A DNA stretch of 64,000 bases from Dictyostelium discoideum (lineage: Eukaryota). The notes beneath the pieces were generated by a model. The model was not told where the DNA came from, did not search any database, and saw only the letters and a program-made list of their open reading frames with translations. Position numbers and translations under genes: made by a program. This document shows positions 21,160-33,879 of this stretch, in pieces; the first letter of the stretch is position 1, and each line of letters opens with the position of its first letter. The stretch covers positions 896,001-960,000 of the forward strand of contig CM000150.2 of NCBI GenBank assembly GCA_000004695.1. The letters are read 5' to 3'.

Positions 21160-22251
21160 AGTTGTTGTTTTGGTGATAATAATAATAAAGGTGGTGGTGG
21201 AGTAGGTGAGGATTGTCTAATTGGGATTTGGAGTAAAGGTATTTGTAGTTGAAGTGAAGGCAATTGAATTAGATTTCTTGGTGAATGTAAGGGTGATGTT
21301 GATGAAGTAGGTAGATTTGTATGGTGCTTTTCTTTCTTATTTTCATTTTCATTTTCAATTTCATTTTCATTTTTATTTTCATTTTCATTTTTATTTTTAT
21401 TTTTATTTTCATTTTCATTTTCTTTTTCTTTTTCATTTTCTATTTCTTTTCCATTTTCTTGATCTTGACCTTGACCTTTTTCACCATTAATAATAACTTC
21501 TGGTAATTTAATAGTTGGTGTACAATCCATTTCTTTAAAAGAAAATAAATTCTCTGGAACATTTTGGCACTCAATAAATTGATCCCAATCTTTTATTGAA
21601 AGTTCACAATATTTTAAAATATAAGAATCTTTTAAAATTTCCAAATCAAGTTTTATATCTTTTTTAATTTCCAACTCTTTTTCATTTTTGTTTTCTTCCA
21701 TTTCAATTTCTTGATTGTCTTCTTTTATTTTTTCTTTATTTTCTTCATTTACTAGATTCTCATTTTCTTTATCTTTATCTTGGTCATTGGTGGATTCATT
21801 TCTATCCTCAGCATCACTGTTGTTGTTGTTTCTACTATTTGAATAGTTTATTAAATCAATATCAGATGAATTTAGTTTCCAATAACCTCTTTGTTGAAAT
21901 ACTGGGAGACCAGTTTGAAAATATTTTGGATGACCAGATAGAGTATCATTTATAATTTTTTTAATTTCAGTTTCTGTGGTGGTTGGATCAATATTTAATA
22001 ACTCCATATGAGAATAGGTAAATATGTTGATAAAAGATGTGTGAATAAATGATTGTTGGAATTGAGCCTTGAAATATTTTAACTTTTCAACTATTGATAA
22101 TACTATTTTCAATCTATCTAACCAGCTCGGTATTTTTTTATTTATAATTTCTGATAATGGGCCAACTGTGCAAAGTTCACAATTACATTTAATTATATAA
22201 TTTGAATTATCTTCACTTTCATTATTATTATTATTATCATTATTATTATTA

Positions 22252-22286
<35 letters not shown>

Positions 22287-22553
22287 TTGAATATTATTTA
22301 ATAATTTTATTCTATCTGAAACTTCTTTTCTAATTATCATTTTTAAAATTTTTGAAGTTGATTCTGGATTATTTACTAAAGATTTAAATGATGGAGATAT
22401 ATCGTTGTACCTTTTCTTTAATAGTTGAGTAACCTTGAGGGCAATATAATCTGAATCTAATGATTCAAATATTTGATTATTTAACCAAAAATATTCATTT
22501 TGATATTGAGGTCCAGTGATGTAAATTAATTTTGATGTATCATTTACTGTCAT
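18771..22553 (-). CDS. Paralog family member 3. Long form of 1260 aa with N-terminal family blocks only. Long poly-Q, poly-N and KESKES repeats.
   Basis: KLIYITGPQYQNEYFWL, KCNCELCTVGPL and FQTGLPVFQQRGYWKL align with the other members. No CCCH knuckle and no C-terminal family module found. (CAA)n coding at 21021..21170 on the minus strand. Confidence 0.55.
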
Positions 22554-23318
22554 TTTCGTTTTTCGTTTTTTTTTTTTTCACCAATTTTTTGTTTTTTTTT
22601 TTCTTTTTTTTTTTTTTTCTAAAAATACCGATTTGTTTTTAAAAATTTTTAAAATACAAATTTAGATAAAAAAAAAAGTATTCTACTCTTTTCTTTTTTT
22701 TTTCTTTTTTTTTTTTTATTAATGAATTGCGATTTTAAATTTGTAGGTGTGAACGGTAAGTTGTTTGAAAATAAAAAAAACTTTTTTTTTTAAAAAAAAA
22801 AATCAAAAAATATCTTAAATTATTTTTTTGTATTTTTTTTTTTGAAAAAAAAAAGATATTTTTTTTTGGGTAGCGGGAGTCGAAAGAAAAAAAGATAAAA
22901 AAAAAGCAAAAGCAACGAAATTCCGTGGCTTTATATGGGACCCAAAACAGATTTGTTTTGTTTTTTTTTTTTTTTTTAATAATTAATATTATTATTTTTT
23001 TTTTTTTTTTTTTTTTTAAAACTTCAAGAATCTTTAATGGGATAATTATCCTAAAAATAAAAATTGTAAACTGTTTTTTTTTTTTTTTTTTTCTTTGAAT
23101 TAAATTTTTTTTTTTATGTTCATAATTATCTGTGTCTTTAAAAAAATAAAATAAAAAAAATAAAAAATCTGTTAAAAAATTTATCCATACCCTTTATTAA
23201 ATATTTTTATCAACAAACTTCTCTTTTAAAATAGATAATAGGTAAAAAAAATTAATTAAATTATTGATAATTTTAAATTATTTTTTAAAAAATGAATGAT
23301 GAGATTATCTCATCAATA

Positions 23319-23360
<42 letters not shown>

Positions 23361-23583
23361 ATTAAATTATTTATTTTATTAATTTGTTTTAATGAGTTTA
23401 AACTAAAAAAAATTGAATTGAATTAATTAAAATATATATTTTTTTTTTTAATTGCACACCATTTTATTTTGACATTTAATTAAATAAAACTTAAATCGAT
23501 AAAAAAAAAAAAAAAAAGATATGAATAGATAATTATCCAAAGAATAATATTTATTTTTTATTATTTTTATTATTTATTTATTT

Positions 23584-24681
23584 TTAATTAATTAAATCAT
23601 AAGCTAAATCTAGAGTAAATTGACCAGTTTTTAAATTTTTTCTTCTAGCTACTCTAATATTAGGTAATAATTGTTTTGCATTAAAATTCAAATAAAATGA
23701 TAAAATACCTTCATCGAGTAAATGGCATAAAACTATTGGATATTGAATTTCTTCAGAAAAAGATCTAATAGATGGAGAGAAGCCGGATTTACTTACTATT
23801 ATACCCAATGTTGATTTTTTATCTTGTTTTAGTAATTTTGAATTTTCTTTATCCAATTCCGATTGATATCTTAAAAATGTTGATTCAAATTCTCTTATCA
23901 CTGAAGGACCCACCTTTTTACCACTATAATTTTTACATTGACCAATTATTTTTAAAATTTTATTTGAAGGAAGGTTCCAATTACCTTTAAAATCAATACC
24001 TTTATCATCTCTGCCACCTGATCTAATAATTTCCATACCAAATTCATTTAAAATTTCAATAGTTTTTAATTCATATATTTTCCCTTTTGAATATGTTGAT
24101 GAAACTATTTCATTTTCAATTTCCGTTATATCATTACTAAAATCTTCATTATCACCCTCATCACCCCTATCATCATCTTGATTGGTAAAGTCATTATTAA
24201 CATCATCTTTTTTTACATTTTTATCATTTTTTTGTTTTTCTATGTTTATTTCTATTTTCTTAACTCTTAATAATTTAATTTTTGGTTTTTCTTCTCCCTC
24301 CTCTTCTTCTTCCTCTTCTTCCTCTTGTTGTTCTTCTTCTTTTTTATTTTCTATATTTACAATTTTTTCTTCTACTTCTTCATTATTTAAATCTTGTTGA
24401 ATTTCTTTTAATAATTCTAAATCTTTTTTATTATTTTTTAAAATTTCTTTTTTATCAATTTCTTCATCAAATTTTAAATCAAACCAATTTTTTGTTCTCC
24501 AACATTGATCATCTTTAATTTTTTGTAATGTTACTTTTAAGTGATTTCCTTCATTTTTTGATTTATCAATTTTTAATTGATCATTTTCATTAAAATTATC
24601 TGTTGTTATGGAAATTATATTTTTTCTTTTAAATGACCTAAATTTATTATAATATTTATTAAATTTTGTTATTCTAAACAT
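23584..24681 (-). CDS. Protein with a C-terminal Mrr-type PD-(D/E)xK restriction-endonuclease-like domain. Probably mitochondrial.
   Basis: C-terminus SGGRDDKGIDFKGNW...IIGQCKNYSGKKVGPSVIREFESTF matches the Mrr catalytic signature G-x-D-x-GID...QCK-x-Y...V-x-x-(F/L). The N-terminus MFRITKFNKYYNKFRSFKRK is basic and hydroxylated, like a presequence. An acidic poly-E stretch lies in the middle. Confidence 0.5.
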   Translation of the reverse strand: MFRITKFNKYYNKFRSFKRKNIISITTDNFNENDQLKIDKSKNEGNHLKVTLQKIKDDQCWRTKNWFDLKFDEEIDKKEILKNNKKDLELLKEIQQDLNNEEVEEKIVNIENKKEEEQQEEEEEEEEEGEEKPKIKLLRVKKIEINIEKQKNDKNVKKDDVNNDFTNQDDDRGDEGDNEDFSNDITEIENEIVSSTYSKGKIYELKTIEILNEFGMEIIRSGGRDDKGIDFKGNWNLPSNKILKIIGQCKNYSGKKVGPSVIREFESTFLRYQSELDKENSKLLKQDKKSTLGIIVSKSGFSPSIRSFSEEIQYPIVLCHLLDEGILSFYLNFNAKQLLPNIRVARRKNLKTGQFTLDLAYDLIN

Positions 24682-24775
24682 TCTTTTTTTTTTATTTATT
24701 TATTTTTTTTTTTTTTTTTTTTAAATTAAAAATCACAAAAAAAAAAAAAAATTAAAAAACGACCCAAAATTTAAT

Positions 24776-24816
<41 letters not shown>

Positions 24817-24877
24817 CGTTTTTTAGATTTACCATTTTATAACCACCCCCCAATAACAATAATAAATAAAATTAAAA

Positions 24878-26078
24878 ATGTCAAATAAAGTTGGAAATAG
24901 TAAAAATAATAAAAATAAATCAATTAAATTTGCACCAAAACATAAAGATAAATCATATGATAATGAGGACTTTAATGCTGTAAGTAAAAAGTCATCAATA
25001 TCAGTTAGTGATTTACCAACTAAAGGTGAAGAGAAACACAGAATCATGGCATTATCATTTCCAATTAAATTATCAATGTGGGATTTTGGTCAATGTGATA
25101 GTAAAAAATGTACTGGTAGAAAATTAGAAAGATTAGGTTATGTTAAATCAATTAATTTAACTCATAAATTTAAAGGAATTGTCTTAACGTAATTATTATT
25201 ATTGCTTATTATTGTATTATTGTATTATTTTTATTATTATTATTATTATTGTATTATTTATTTATTATTTATTATTTTAATATATATTTAGACCATCAGC
25301 AAAACAATCAATTTCACCAGCAGATAGAGATATTGTTCAAAATTTAGGTGTTTCAGTTGTAGATTGTTCATGGGCAAAAGTTGATTCAATTCCATTTGGA
25401 AAGATGAAAGGTGGACATGATAGATTATTACCATTTTTAATTGCAGCTAATCCAGTTAACTATGGTAAACCATTTAAATTAACATGTGTTGAAGCAGTTG
25501 CAGCTTGTTTATTTATCACTGGTTTTACAGCAGAAGGTCATCAAGTTTTAGGTGGTTTTAAATGGGGTTCATCATTTTACAAAGTTAATAAAGATCTCTT
25601 TGAAAAATATATACTTTGTGCAAATAGTCAAGAAGTTGTTCAAATTCAAAATGAATTCATTGCAAAATGTGAACAAGATCAAAAAGATAGAGCTGCAAAT
25701 ATTGAATATGATGAATTTGGTTTACAATTAAATCCAAATAGAATTTTAAGAACTAATAATGATGATGATGAAGAAAATGGTGATGAAGATTATTGTGATG
25801 ATGATGATGAAGATGAGGATGAAGAAGATGAAGAAGAAGATCATGAATGTGATAGTGAATGTGATCATGATGAGGAGGAAGAAGAAGATAATGATGAAGA
25901 AAATGATGAAGAAGAGGAAGATGGAGAGGATGATGATGATGACGAAGAAAGTGAAGAAGAAGAAGAGGTTGATGAAGAAGAAGAAAAAAGACAATATAGA
26001 TTAAAAAAAGAATTACAAAAGAAAAAAGCGGAAGAAAAGAAATTACAAAAACAAATGGGAAAATTAAATTTAAAATAA
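24878..26078 (+). CDS. tsr3: Tsr3 (18S rRNA aminocarboxypropyltransferase / ribosome-biogenesis protein). Two exons, approximately 24878..25188 and 25292..26078. Acidic C-terminal tail.
   Basis: [23 protein letters not shown]...GIVLT|[12 protein letters not shown]...[51 protein letters not shown] is co-linear with the eukaryotic TSR3/DUF367 core. Intron AC|GTAATT...tttag|A is phase 2. Confidence 0.8.
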
Positions 26079-26135
26079 ATAAATAAAGCCATTTTTATTT
26101 TATTATTCATATTTGTATTTTTTATTTTTTTATTC

Positions 26136-27750
26136 TTAAGACCAAACATCTAAGATATATCTTTTTTCTTTTATCCAATTTGTAAATATATCAGTTGCTT
26201 GTTTTTCATCACAATTTAATTCTTGTTTTACAATATCAATAAAACTATTTCTAACACCAACAGCCATACCTTTTGCATCACCACAAATGTAAATGAAAGC
26301 ATTTTGATTTACAACCATATCGAAAAGTTGTTTTGAATGTTCAATCATTTTCTCTTGAACATATCCACATGTTGGTTCAACAATTGCAGTGTTGTTATTA
26401 TTTTCAGTATCTAATTCTCTACTAAATGCAGTGATTAATTTTGTTAATGTATTATCCTTTAACATTGATTCTAAAGTATCTTTGTAAAGGAAATCTCTCT
26501 TTTCACTTCTACATCCAAAGAATAACCAAGTATTTGGATTTGGAGTAGTAGTAGTGGAGGTAGTCTTTGAAAGATGTTGTAAAAATCCAATAAATGGTGC
26601 AACACCAGTACCTGGACCAATCATAATGATTGGTCTATTTAATTGATCAACTGGTGGTAAATGGAAATGTGGTGATGGTTTTAAAATGAATGGAATTCGA
26701 ATTTCATTTGAATCATTAATATTTAAATCATTTAATGAATTTTCAAGATTTGATGATGGTGATGATGATAATTTATTATTTTGAATACCAGTTTTCTCTA
26801 ACCAAGATGTACAATGACCTAAAATTCTTTGAGATGGTGTACTTGATAATTTAAAATCTACAACACTGAAAACAAATGATAAGGTTCCTTTCTCCATTGA
26901 AAGTGGTGATGAACTAATACTATAGTCTCTTGGTGCTAATGGATTTATCAATTCTAATAAATGATTAAATGGTGGATTTGATGATTTATATTTATCTAAT
27001 AAACATAATAATGTAACTCTATTATTAATCATTTGTGCATATTCTTCTTTACCCTCAATTGATGATAATTTATTTAATTCCAACTTATCATTTGAATCAC
27101 TTGAATTTTCTGATAAAAGTTTTAATAATTTTTTAGATGGTATACCTGTAATATCAACTAAATCTCTTAATACATTATAAATTGTACTTGATTTATTATT
27201 AAAATTTTCATTTACTTTTTTTAAATGATTTGGTAATTCTAAAAAAAAAAAAAAAAAAAAGTTAAACATTTTTATTTTTTCTTTTAAATAATAAATTTAA
27301 ATAATAATAATAATAATTACCAAAAGTTTTATCAATTGATTCAATTTTAATTAATTTATTTTCATCTAATGATAATCTTTTAATTAATGATATTACATGA
27401 TTATGAGTATTTGGTGCAAAAACTGAAATGTAATCACCTGGTTGATAAGATAATTCTGTATTTCCAAGATTTAAAGTCATTTCAATAACTCTTTTAATAT
27501 CAATGGTTGATTCTTGATCTACAATTGTCATATATTTTGCAGATTCAATTGTTGCCATTTGATTTACACATAATGAAGATCCACATTTGATTGAGGTACT
27601 GCAACTACTATCATTATCAACAAATTCTACTTTGATTTTACATGGTGGTAATTCATTGGATGAACTACTACCAGCTGCTCTCTTTAAAACAATCTTTTTT
27701 TTTGGTGCAGCAACAGGTTCTGTCATTATTTGAAAGTTGAAATTTAACAA
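26136..27750 (-). CDS. CPR-family FAD/NADPH-binding reductase module, about 510 aa, with no FMN (flavodoxin) domain in the ORF. Two exons, approximately 27750..27321 and 27238..26136.
   Basis: YQPGDYISVFAPN (FAD barrel), RDYSISSSP (R-x-Y-S FAD motif), RPIIMIGPGTGVAPFIGFLQ (NADPH), YVQEK, IYICGDAKGMA, and a C-terminal ...RYILDVWS as in NADPH-P450 reductases. Intron G|GTAATT...ttttag|AA is phase 1. Confidence 0.75.
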
Positions 27751-28215
27751 ATATCGTTTTTTTTTTTTTTTTTTTTTTCAACTAAAATTTTTTTATTTTT
27801 TTATTTTTTTTTTTTCTTATAAAAATCAAAAACTAATTTTGTTGTCAACATTTGCAGAACCACAGAACTTTTTTTTTTGGATTAGTCAATTATCTATTTT
27901 TTTTTTTAAAAAAAAACATAAAAATAAAAAAATCATCAAAAAAATATTAAAAATAAATACATAAGTGTTGATCACACCAGGATTAATTTTGTTTTTAATT
28001 TAAAAATTTTTTTTTTTTTTTTTTTTAATTTATTTATCTAGTTTATTAAAAATACTTCTAGGAAATGATTAAAATACATATATATTTAAAATTATTAATA
28101 ATTATCTCATATTTTCCATGGAAAAAAATAAATAAATAAAAAAAATTTATTTACAGAAATGTGGAAATAAAATAACAACTATCTATTTTTAAAAAAAGAG
28201 ATTTTTATTAAATTT

Positions 28216-28521
28216 TCAATTTGTGGTATTGGAAAAAGATGATATATTTAATGTTCTATGTGCAAGATTATTAAGACTATCAAAAGTATCATTTTTTCTA
28301 TCATAGTTATAACTGGTGTTGTTAGTGGTGGTGGTGTTGTTATTGTTTAATTTATTATAATTATTACAATAAAATTGATGATTGGTGTTGTAATTAAATG
28401 ATTCATGAGTTGGTGTTAACAAATTCTTTCTTCTTTCAATTTCTTCAACATAATCATTTTGTACTTGTTGCTTTATAATTGATATACTTGGTAGAATTGT
28501 ATTATTATTATTATTATTATA

Positions 28522-28575
<54 letters not shown>

Positions 28576-28618
28576 GGTAATTATTCCATTATCTTGATTA
28601 TAATAATTATTGTTATTA

Positions 28619-28653
<35 letters not shown>

Positions 28654-29784
28654 ATTACTATTGTTATTATCATGACTATAATTATTATTGTTGTTATTAT
28701 TGTTATTATTATTATTATCATAAATAATACTATTATTATTGGGATTTGTATTTAAGTTGTCTAATTGTGTCAACTTATTTTGTTTTCTTTTATTTAAAAT
28801 AGTTTGGACAGGAGGTTCTTCAATTTGATCATTTTTTTTATGATAACTACATGGAATTGAGAAACCACATCTACTACCTCTTAAGGTTAATTTTCCACAT
28901 TTTTGAACATTTGATCTTTTTCTTTTACCTTTTTCAGCTTCATCAATTATTTCACAATCAGAATTTTCATCATCTTTTTTATTTATATACAAATCTTCAT
29001 TTGAATCATAAAAAATTTCTTTACAATCTGTTGAATTATTATAAATATCATAATTTTGGTTTAATGATTGAAGGAAAACTTTTAAATTTAAAGAATAATA
29101 ACCACGTCTAAAATTATGGAAACCAGTTTTAAATAGTTTATTTCTATTTTTTATTAAATAGGTAACATGTGATACACTATTTGTAAAAGATTCACCAACT
29201 TTTAAAATATCATTATGATCTAATAGATAATGATAGATTTCATTGGAATGGAAATAATTTAAAGATTCTTTTGGTTTAAATATTACATTTGAATTTGGAA
29301 TTTGTAAAAAAAGTTGAAGCTCAATAGAATGTTCTTGAATTTTTATTAAATTTAAAAAAATTAATTTTAATGTTTCAATGAATGTAACTGATTCTTGTGA
29401 TGATTTAATAGTAAATGGTTGTTGTGGTTGTGGTTGTGGTGGTTGTTGATGATGGTGATGATATTTTTCAAGTATTTCATTATGATAGTTTAATTGATTT
29501 TGTTGAAGTATTAATAAATTTGAATTTATAATTGAATTATTTGTGAATTTCAATTCTGGTGAACATAAGTAACATTTACAAAAATCAATGGTTTTTACAT
29601 TGGCTCTAAAGATTTCTTTTAATCTAATCATTGCTTCTTCCCTTGATAAATAATGATGATTGGTATTGGCATATCCTAATTCTTTAATTATGTCTTTAAT
29701 TTCATCACGACTAAAAGTATCAATTACTACACTTGAAAATGTAAAAACTTCTTTTCCAGTTGATTTAATTTTGTAAATTTCCAT

Positions 29785-29787
<3 letters not shown>
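28216..29787 (-). CDS. Paralog family member 4, 523 aa. Apparently single-exon and C-terminally divergent.
   Basis: MMEIYKIKSTGKEVFTF, CKCYLCSPE, FKTGFHNFRRGYYSL and the knuckle QKCGKLTLRGSRCGFSIPCSYH. I found no YVRF...ERTL C-terminal exon in the 466 bp downstream (27751..28215). Confidence 0.5.
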
Positions 29788-29821
<34 letters not shown>

Positions 29822-30222
29822 TGACAATGGATTATTTATTTAAAGAATAATTTTATTTATTTGGTTGAGGATTAAAAAAAAATTAAAAAAAAAATTAAAA
29901 AAAGGAAAAAAAAAAAAAAAAAAAATTTTTATTGTTTGTTTGTTTTTTTTTTTTGTTTTTAATTTAAAAAATAAAAAAAAAAATAATTGTTTGTAATGAA
30001 TAATGATGGGGTTAAATTCATTTTTTTGTGTGTATGAAAATGATGGGGGTGAATTAACCCATTTAAAAAAAAAAAAAATAAAAAATAAAAATAAAATAAA
30101 AAAAATAAAAGTATAAAAATAAAATAAAAAAAAAAAAACAACAAAACTTGAAATGAAAACAACAAAAAAATTAATAAAACACAAAAAATTAAAATTTTAC
30201 AAATAATTAAATAATTAAATAA

Positions 30223-30264
<42 letters not shown>

Positions 30265-30679
30265 AAATAAATAAATAAATAAAAAAATTAATAAATAAAT
30301 AAATAAATAAATATATAAATAAAATAAAAAATTAAAAAAATTTATTATAAAAAAAAAACAAAATAAAAAAAAAATATATATTTATTATAATAAAATATAG
30401 ATAATTAAAAAAAGCGCATGTTAGAATCTTTTATCGCGCCCAAAAAAAAAAAAAAAAATTAAAATTATTTTTTTTTTTTTTTTTTTTTTTTTGTTTTGGA
30501 AAATTATTTTTTTTTTATATTTTCAAAACTTCAAAACAATATATTATAAAACAAATAAAATAAAAAATATATTTATTTATAATTTAATAATAATGAAATT
30601 TTAAAAAAAAAAAAACAATAAAGATAAACAAAAAAAAAATAAAAAAGCAAATAATAAAAAAATAATAAACACAAAAAAA

Positions 30680-30733
<54 letters not shown>

Positions 30734-30751
30734 TAAATTATTATAAATAAA

Positions 30752-32105
30752 ATGATAAACTTAAGTATTTTACAGATTTACAATATTTCAGGACAAACAG
30801 TTTATAAAGTTAATGGAAAATGGATAGAAATAATGTCATTAGAACAATTGAAAGATGTAGTGAATCAATTGAATATTAGAAAGGAAAATGATGATAATGA
30901 TGATGATAATGATGATAATGATATAATCAATAGCTTTACAAGTCAAAACCAATTATTAGATTATATAATCAAAGAATTGGCAAAGAAAAAAGTAGTTCTT
31001 TTGAAACCTTATGAAGCATGCGACTGTTTATTATGTCAGAGTAGACCCAACTCCTTACCCTATATTGATACCTCTCAAAATTGGATAGAAAGAGTTAGAA
31101 TCATTCTATACTCAATGACAGATCACAGATTGAAATTACATCGTCAACATTTACAACAACAAAAACAAGAAGAAAAAGAATCGTCGTCATCATCGTCATC
31201 GTCACAAGCAAAAATAGAATCAGAAGAAAGTATTTTAAATAATGGTATTGCTACCAAAGATATTTATAAGTATATGGAACTTCATAATAGTATATTGGGT
31301 TTAGATATACAATATCAAAGTTATTGGAGAAAGTATGTACCAGAGAGAATAAAAAATAGAAAATACTTTGAAAAAGGTATCCTCACTGGTCATTATAAAC
31401 TAATAAATCCAAACGATAACCCATGGGATTCTAATTATGTATCAGCTGTCCCAATTCCTTCAAATTTTTATATATCACCACCTTTTCAACCTATTGATAG
31501 CGATCTTTATGATAATGGGATTTCAAAAAATACAACCTCATCATCATCTACATCTACATCATCAACAAACTCAATACCACCACCATCTTCTTCTTCTTCA
31601 TCATCGTCCTCTACAAGTAAAAAAATTAAAACAACAAATGAAAATAGTTTTTTATCAGAATCAGTACCATATTTTAATTATAGTGGTCCAAGTAATATTC
31701 ATCCATCTAAAAACAGTGATAAAATTAATGAATCTAATAATGGTAAAAAACTGTGTGGTGCACTTAGATCAAAAGGTGGTACATGTACAATACCATTTGA
31801 TAAATGTAGATATCACAATCAAGAAGTAATCAAAAGATTAGAGGAACGTAAAAAACAAAAAGAGGAAAATTCAAATAAATTTGGTTCTGGAAAAAAAAGA
31901 AAAAAGTCAAAATACAATAGTGAGAGTGAATCAGAAAGTGATAGTGAGAGAGATAGTGATATTGATTTCGATGACCATCACAATGAGCATAAAAAAAGTA
32001 AAATAAAAAATATTTCAAAAGAAAAAAAAAACTTATCATCAAACGAACACTCAGATAATGAAAAAGATGTAAATAGAAATAAAATAATTCAAACTCAATT
32101 ATTAG

Positions 32106-32155
<50 letters not shown>

Positions 32156-32171
32156 AAAAATAATAATAATG

Positions 32172-32255
<84 letters not shown>

Positions 32256-32439
32256 GTGACGATGGTGAAAATGATAACAGCAAAAATATTATAAATGATA
32301 CCAATAAAAATATAAATGGCAATTCCAATGTTACGACATCAAATACAAATACCACAATAAAAGCGTTGTTTCCCTCAAAACCCACTAATTTATCAAAACC
32401 TTCTTCATCTTCTTCATCTTCTTCATCTTCTTCATCTTC

Positions 32440-32479
<40 letters not shown>

Positions 32480-32546
32480 ACATCATCCTCATCACCATCA
32501 TCATCAACATCAACATCATCTTCATCACCATCATCATCAACATCAA

Positions 32547-32625
<79 letters not shown>

Positions 32626-33405
32626 TTCTTCTTTACCATCCAAATCAACATCATCACCATCTCTAATACCATCATTATTAGTAAGGATACCTACAAATAT
32701 TCCTTCGTTATCTCGAATACCAGCAACTACAAACATTCCAAAAACCAATGTTCATACTGGTGGCATATCAAAGAAAAGAGAACTTGGTCTTGCAAAAGAT
32801 TTTGAAAAGTTTATTTTAAATCAATATAATTTCTTTAGTGTTTTAAATCAATTAGGTGATTTAGAAGAATTAGGTTATAAACTGTCAAAAGAGTATTTGT
32901 TATTATTGTTCATTATCATTATTATTATTATAACTCAAAAAAAAAAAGAGAAAATTATTACCACTATGCTATCCATCAATAATTTTCTCTTTTTTTTTAA
33001 AAAAAAAAAAAAATATATCCTAATTATATTTCTAATTACAAAATAAAAATAAAAAAAAATAGATACGTCAGGTTTATGTTGTTAAAGATGTTAGTTTCAA
33101 ATGAGGAAGGTAAAGATGAAGGAGGAATAAAATTAAAAGCTCCAGAAAAGATCCAGAAATTTTGGTTTCTTCATTACCATCAAAAAGAAAAGTATATAGA
33201 ATTTTGCCGCTTATTAATCATGAACAAACACAACTATCAGGTTTTTGAAGATTGTAAATTGAAAAGTATTATATTTTTTGAAACTCCAACAGATGACCAA
33301 AACAATAATAATATTGGTTACGAGAAAACCTACAAATTATATTTGGATATATTTGGTGGGTTTGGTTATAATGGTATTTGGGATCTTCCTATCGAATGTA
33401 AATAA
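30752..33405 (+). CDS. Paralog family member 5, about 827 aa. Two exons, approximately 30752..32892 and 33063..33405.
   Basis: LQIYNISGQTVYKVNGKW, CDCLLCQSRP, FEKGILTGHYKL and the knuckle KKLCGALRSKGGTCTIPFDKCRYH. Phase-2 intron KLSKE: GA|GTATTT...aaatag|A, then YVRFMLLKML...EKTYKLYLDIFGG...IWDLPIECK (ORF 33076..33405). Poly-S tract (TCA/TCT)n at 32400..32640. Confidence 0.55.
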
Positions 33406-33709
33406 ATAAAAATAAAATAAAATAAAATTAAATATATGAACCAAAGTAAGAACAAACTTGTTCAAACTCATTTCAAATAAATAATAAAAAAAAAAAAAAT
33501 AATAAAAAGGTACACTATTAATAAATATTTAAAGAAATTGTTTGTTTTTTTTTTATTTAATATATGTATAAAGTTTAGCAACATTTTGGAAAAAATTTAT
33601 TTCTTTTTTTATTTATTTTTTATAATTATTAAATTATTAAATTATTAATTATATGTAGATAAAAAGAAAGAATGGATAGTTAACTATGATTATTATTATT
33701 ATTATTATA

Positions 33710-33796
<87 letters not shown>

Positions 33797-33879
33797 TTAT
33801 TGATTGTTGGTTGGTTGGTTGGTTGTAGTGGTATTTTATTATTATTATTATATTATTTATTTATTTATTTATTTTATTA

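Noticed and set aside
19078-21506. Numerous 60-145 aa ORFs on both strands within 18771..22553 (poly-I/V/L/Y/C).
   Set aside because: They lie nested inside the 1260-aa minus-strand gene and are composed of repeat mirror frames.
32095-32748. Minus-strand poly-D/E and poly-M ORFs (32095..32748, 32385..32675) inside gene 30752..33405.
   Set aside because: They are antisense to the (TCA/TCT)n poly-S coding tract.
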